Positions 39,435-42,808 of a stretch of DNA of 42,808 nucleotides are shown in pieces. The DNA lies in assembly GCA_029564175.1 (NCBI GenBank), contig JAKQQL010000169.1, positions 1 to 42,808 on the forward strand, given 5' to 3'. The position numbers and the translations under genes are program-made. Source of the DNA: Candidatus Cloacimonadota bacterium (GTDB lineage Bacteria > Cloacimonadota > Cloacimonadia > Cloacimonadales > WRIO01). The notes under the pieces are model-generated. The model saw only the letters and a program-made list of their open reading frames with translations. It made no database searches and was not told the DNA's origin. Position 1 is the first letter of the stretch, and every line of letters starts with the position of its first letter.

Positions 39435-40256
39435 TTACTTATATTCTTCATGAAAGAATTCTCCTTTAAGCATCACTTGTGCCTGACCTTTGATGAATAC
39501 TCTCTCACCAGAAAGGTCTAATTCAAGTTCTCCGCTTCGTTCTGATAATTGTCTTGCTTTCATACTTGTTTTTTGAAAGATTTCTGACCAGTAAGGCGTT
39601 AAAAAGGTATGAGTAGAACCCGTAACCGGATCTTCATTGATTCCTTCCCACGGTGCAAAGCATCTGGAAACAAAATCAAATGGCTGTAAACCTGGTGCTG
39701 TAACGCATACACTGGAAAAGGGGGATATGTCAAGCTGAATTAATCTCTCATAATCAGGTCTTAACGATCTAAGTTCACTTTCATCCTGAACAACAAACAT
39801 TAAATTAGCTGTCTGAGGGCATTCATAACATTCAAATTCTGTTTCAATACCAATTAGCTTCCCTAAATTCAAATAATCTTTTTTTGACTTTACAGCGTAT
39901 TCAACAGGAAAGTCTAATAGGATTGCATCTCCATCTAAGGAAGCTTTTAATATACCGCTTTTTGATTCAAACAGGATAGGACTCTGATGATTGAGATAGT
40001 AAGTAAAGAGTATTTTAGCGGAAGAGAGGGTGGCATGACCACAGAGGTTTATCTCAGTGACTGGGGTAAACCATTGGAGTGAATACTTATTTTCTTCTAC
40101 ATTGAGTGGTTGGATGAAGGCTGTTTCAGAAAAACCAATTTCTTTGGCTATTTGCTGTTTTAATGTGTTACTGATCTGCTTTTCCAGATAGCAGACTGCA
40201 GCTGGGTTTCCTTTGAACTTTTCATTAGTGAAGGCATCGACAAAGTATATTTTCAT
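39435..40256 (-). CDS. PhzF-family isomerase/epimerase
   Basis: VDAFT...GNPAAV, FSETAF, WFTPVTEINLCGHATL, SRCFAPWEGINEDPVTGS. Confidence 0.9.
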   Translation of the reverse strand: MKIYFVDAFTNEKFKGNPAAVCYLEKQISNTLKQQIAKEIGFSETAFIQPLNVEENKYSLQWFTPVTEINLCGHATLSSAKILFTYYLNHQSPILFESKSGILKASLDGDAILLDFPVEYAVKSKKDYLNLGKLIGIETEFECYECPQTANLMFVVQDESELRSLRPDYERLIQLDISPFSSVCVTAPGLQPFDFVSRCFAPWEGINEDPVTGSTHTFLTPYWSEIFQKTSMKARQLSERSGELELDLSGERVFIKGQAQVMLKGEFFHEEYK

Positions 40257-40262
40257 AAAGTT

Positions 40263-40290
40263 AAAACAAGGGGTACACCAGGTACCCCTT
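40263..40290 (-). terminator. Hairpin/terminator between the CTD protein and the PhzF-family gene
   Basis: aaggggtac-accag-gtacccctt with a short U-tail on the minus strand. Confidence 0.6.
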
Positions 40291-40300
40291 CATATCATGA

Positions 40301-42304
40301 TTATTTAAAACGTAAGACTTTTTTAGTCTGAGTTTGGTTGCCATTATTTACTTTAATGAAGTAAATGCCATTTGAACAGTTTTTGCCAGTCAGGTCTTTT
40401 CCGTTCCATGAATAGCTGGATTTCCCATTATTCAATTGAATAGATTGTTGATGAACTCTCTGACCTTTTGAGTTGAAAATTTCAATATCAGCCAATGAAG
40501 CTGTTGTTTTTGATTCAATGTCTATGTTTGAAGTTTGACTGAATGGATTTGGATAAGTTGTGATGCTTAAACGATCAGACTGAGGTTTTACAATTTCTTC
40601 ATTTGAAGTCGAATTTCCAAACCATCTCATAATTCTGACTAAAAGATGTTGAGCTAAGGACATATCCAGATTCCAGTTAATACCTTCAATACCAAAAGTA
40701 GTATATGCAATGCGTCCTAACTGATAATAATTTACTCTGCCAATATCATAGTTATTGATGGAGAAAATTATGTTATCAGGTCTGAGAGTATGATATGCAA
40801 AGATTTCTGGTTCAATCTGAATATATTCGGGTATGCTTGAATCAAAGTACATCGTTACATTCTCACCAATGTTTCCATAACCCATAATATCACCAACAGT
40901 AGAAAGAATTACTCCTCCTAAAAAAGCTCCTGTCATAGAACTATAAAAATCATCTGTAGCTTCTGTATAGACTGTACTGTTGTTATTGGTTAATGCCCAG
41001 CCAACACTTGTTCCGGCTATATAGAGATTAGCACCTGATCCGATATGATTCTTTAATTCTGACAAAATTGTATTGTTAACCTGAGTATATGGATTGTGCA
41101 TGTTCCAGATAATATTTTGATAAGCACTGAAATCAAATCCTTCGAAATCAAATATACTCATATCAGCCACAGCATAGGTCATCCCTATATTAGCTAATCC
41201 ACTCATATAAGACGATTCTGTATTTTTGACTCCATCATCATCAATAACTAAAACATCAGCTGAAGATGTTAAAAAGTTAAAGGGGATTCGGATATCTGGC
41301 ATGTTTTCTACTACAACTTTGAAATTAAAGAGAGCAGATCCGTTTCCACTTGAAGTAACAGATGGGTGAAATTCAAGATAATATCCTGCGCTCATAGAAT
41401 GTTGTGAATCTCCAAAAAAACAATTGTTATGGTCACAATATGTAAACATCCAGTTTTCTGGTTTATAGACATCTTCTGTACCGATTGTAAAATCCACTAC
41501 ATAATTAGCATTAAAATCAGTGTTCATAACTGCAATATAAGGCATTTCATAATACGCTTCTGAACTAACTGCATAACGTGGTTGAGGGCTAACAAATCTA
41601 AGCTTTCTATAAGGAATTGATTCATTAGAGCGAGCCTGAATTACTTTTCCTTGATTATTACGAATCATGACAACTGCTTTAAGGTTTGCTGCATTCCATC
41701 CTGCTTCTATAGCTAGGGTCTTATTGATCGTAAAATTATCTCCATCAGTAGCGATTGCCAATGGATCTGAAACGATCTTTCTGACGACATTATTCATACC
41801 GGAAACATTATTCTCAACGATCAGGTAGTGAATGGTCATGTTTTGAATGGGGTTGGAATCGAGTGCATCCATGACTATACCGGTGATAGCACCTGTCTGT
41901 GCATTAAATGACACATTGTGAATATAAACACGGCTGGCGTCATACTTTTCTTTTTCAATCATGGCTTTAAAGGCATTACCATCATTCAGATGGGCTTTAC
42001 TGCCTTTGACTTTGATTTGTCCATTAAAATATGCTGAAGGTAGAACAGATGCGCCTAACTGATTTATCATCGCCTGAGTATCAGCATTACCCAATGAGCT
42101 AGATGAACTATAGTATCTCAAAACAATACCTTCATCATCTGGATAGGCTTCATCGGCAGCATTTAAACCGTTATTGAAAGCGGTTACTTCTTCATTTACG
42201 CATATCTCCAAAACACTTGTTTTTGGAAAATATGGCCAGTTCTGAGCAAACAAAGACATACTTAACAAAAACAGGCCTGCGGTTAAAATCAGGGTCTTTT
42301 TCAT
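40301..42304 (-). CDS. Secreted protein with a degenerate Omp28-like N-domain and C-terminal sorting domain
   Basis: Signal peptide after GAGGA; LPSAYFNG...LIVENNV...NNVVRKI...WNAANLKAVVMI...VIQA; VLVIDDDG; TYPNPFSQ...IFNSKGQRV...NGIYFIK...KKVLRFK. Confidence 0.75.
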   Translation of the reverse strand: MKKTLILTAGLFLLSMSLFAQNWPYFPKTSVLEICVNEEVTAFNNGLNAADEAYPDDEGIVLRYYSSSSSLGNADTQAMINQLGASVLPSAYFNGQIKVKGSKAHLNDGNAFKAMIEKEKYDASRVYIHNVSFNAQTGAITGIVMDALDSNPIQNMTIHYLIVENNVSGMNNVVRKIVSDPLAIATDGDNFTINKTLAIEAGWNAANLKAVVMIRNNQGKVIQARSNESIPYRKLRFVSPQPRYAVSSEAYYEMPYIAVMNTDFNANYVVDFTIGTEDVYKPENWMFTYCDHNNCFFGDSQHSMSAGYYLEFHPSVTSSGNGSALFNFKVVVENMPDIRIPFNFLTSSADVLVIDDDGVKNTESSYMSGLANIGMTYAVADMSIFDFEGFDFSAYQNIIWNMHNPYTQVNNTILSELKNHIGSGANLYIAGTSVGWALTNNNSTVYTEATDDFYSSMTGAFLGGVILSTVGDIMGYGNIGENVTMYFDSSIPEYIQIEPEIFAYHTLRPDNIIFSINNYDIGRVNYYQLGRIAYTTFGIEGINWNLDMSLAQHLLVRIMRWFGNSTSNEEIVKPQSDRLSITTYPNPFSQTSNIDIESKTTASLADIEIFNSKGQRVHQQSIQLNNGKSSYSWNGKDLTGKNCSNGIYFIKVNNGNQTQTKKVLRFK

Positions 42305-42330
42305 AATTCCTCTTTTCTTATATAATAATC

Positions 42331-42563
42331 TGTAGGGCAAGCAACCTGCTTGCCAATTATCACAAGCTGGTAGCTTACGTTACTTCTTTCTACATGCAAG
42401 ATGCTTGTAGTACGAAAACATGTAGGACAAGCAACCTGCTTGCCAATCAACACAAGCTAGTAGTTTACGTTACTTCTTTCTACAAGCAAGATGCTTGTAG
42501 TACGTAAACATGTAGTGCAAGCAACCTGCTTGCCAATTATCGCAAGCTAGTAGCTTACGTTAC
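42331..42563. repeat. 90-bp tandem REP/BIME-like array (about 2.6 units)
   Basis: Units start at 42331, 42421 and 42511 (tgtag[gg/ga/tg]caagcaacctgcttgccaat...); each full unit carries three CAAGC-N5-GCTT-type hairpins. Confidence 0.9.
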
Positions 42564-42652
42564 ATATACACTTATGAAGGACGCCGGCTTTTCAACCAGC
42601 GTCCCAAAACTTACTTACAATATAAAGCAAAATGCTCCTGATGCAAACTTAA

Positions 42653-42808
42653 TTAAAAGTTTGTTGAAAGTTCTACACGAACACCTTCAAATGGAGTCTG
42701 ATACTTGCATACACCGTTTCGGCAAACTTTTCCGCCTTTTTCTTTTCCGGCAAAAAGTTTTAACTCTGAATGTTCACCAATGGAAGTTTTAATCTCTCCA
42801 CCAACCCA
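42653..42808 (-). CDS. C-terminal end of a DUF6029-like outer-membrane beta-barrel protein (5'-partial, not in ORF track)
   Basis: The minus strand from 42808 translates to WVGGEIKTSIGEHSELKLFAGKEKGGKVCRNGVCKYQTPFEGVRVELSTNF*, with a GGxxCxxGVC motif, alternating beta-strand pattern and terminal Phe. Confidence 0.7.
   Translation of the reverse strand, partial: WVGGEIKTSIGEHSELKLFAGKEKGGKVCRNGVCKYQTPFEGVRVELSTNF

Noticed and set aside
42331..42563. Possible CRISPR array
   Set aside because: The sequence between repeats is itself near-identical from unit to unit, so there are no unique spacers, and no cas genes are in the window.
42574..42792. 72-aa plus-strand ORF, and a cggcaaa...ttccg motif as a possible activator site
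   Set aside because: Both overlap the minus-strand DUF6029-like C-terminus, which explains the sequence better.

Overview
AT-rich bacterial chromosome segment. The combination of kdd-kamA lysine fermentation genes, several secreted proteins ending in a 'YPNPF(N)P...' C-terminal sorting domain, and AAA/PD-(D/E)XK genes suggests an anaerobic Cloacimonadota/FCB-group-like organism; this is inference only. Left to right: (1) the 3' part of a NuoF/HydB-type NADH-binding subunit with non-bifurcating signature motifs; (2) a minus-strand operon xdhA-xdhB-[PreT/PreA-like fusion]-ssnA, a candidate variant anaerobic purine-degradation module; (3) a 6-kb accessory island (about 9.3-15.4 kb) with an AAA-ATPase pseudogene, a dense patch of small repeats, an intact AAA/PD-(D/E)XK gene, a cryptic RHS core with toxin remnant and putative immunity lipoprotein, and an HUH (Y1) transposase enclosed by 49-bp inverted repeats; (4) a flgF-flgG-flgA-flgH operon behind a sigma-54-type promoter; (5) envelope and housekeeping genes (large TPR protein, Ig-like lipoprotein, ribE, recR, ybaB, serS, tpiA); (6) kdd-kamA-kamB; (7) a cluster of CTD-bearing secreted proteins (S8 protease, two Omp28-like proteins) with a PhzF-family gene, a 90-bp REP/BIME-like tandem array, and the 3' end of a DUF6029-like outer-membrane protein that the ORF track missed. 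No rRNA, tRNA or CRISPR array was recognised. All family calls come from reading motifs by eye; no database search was run.
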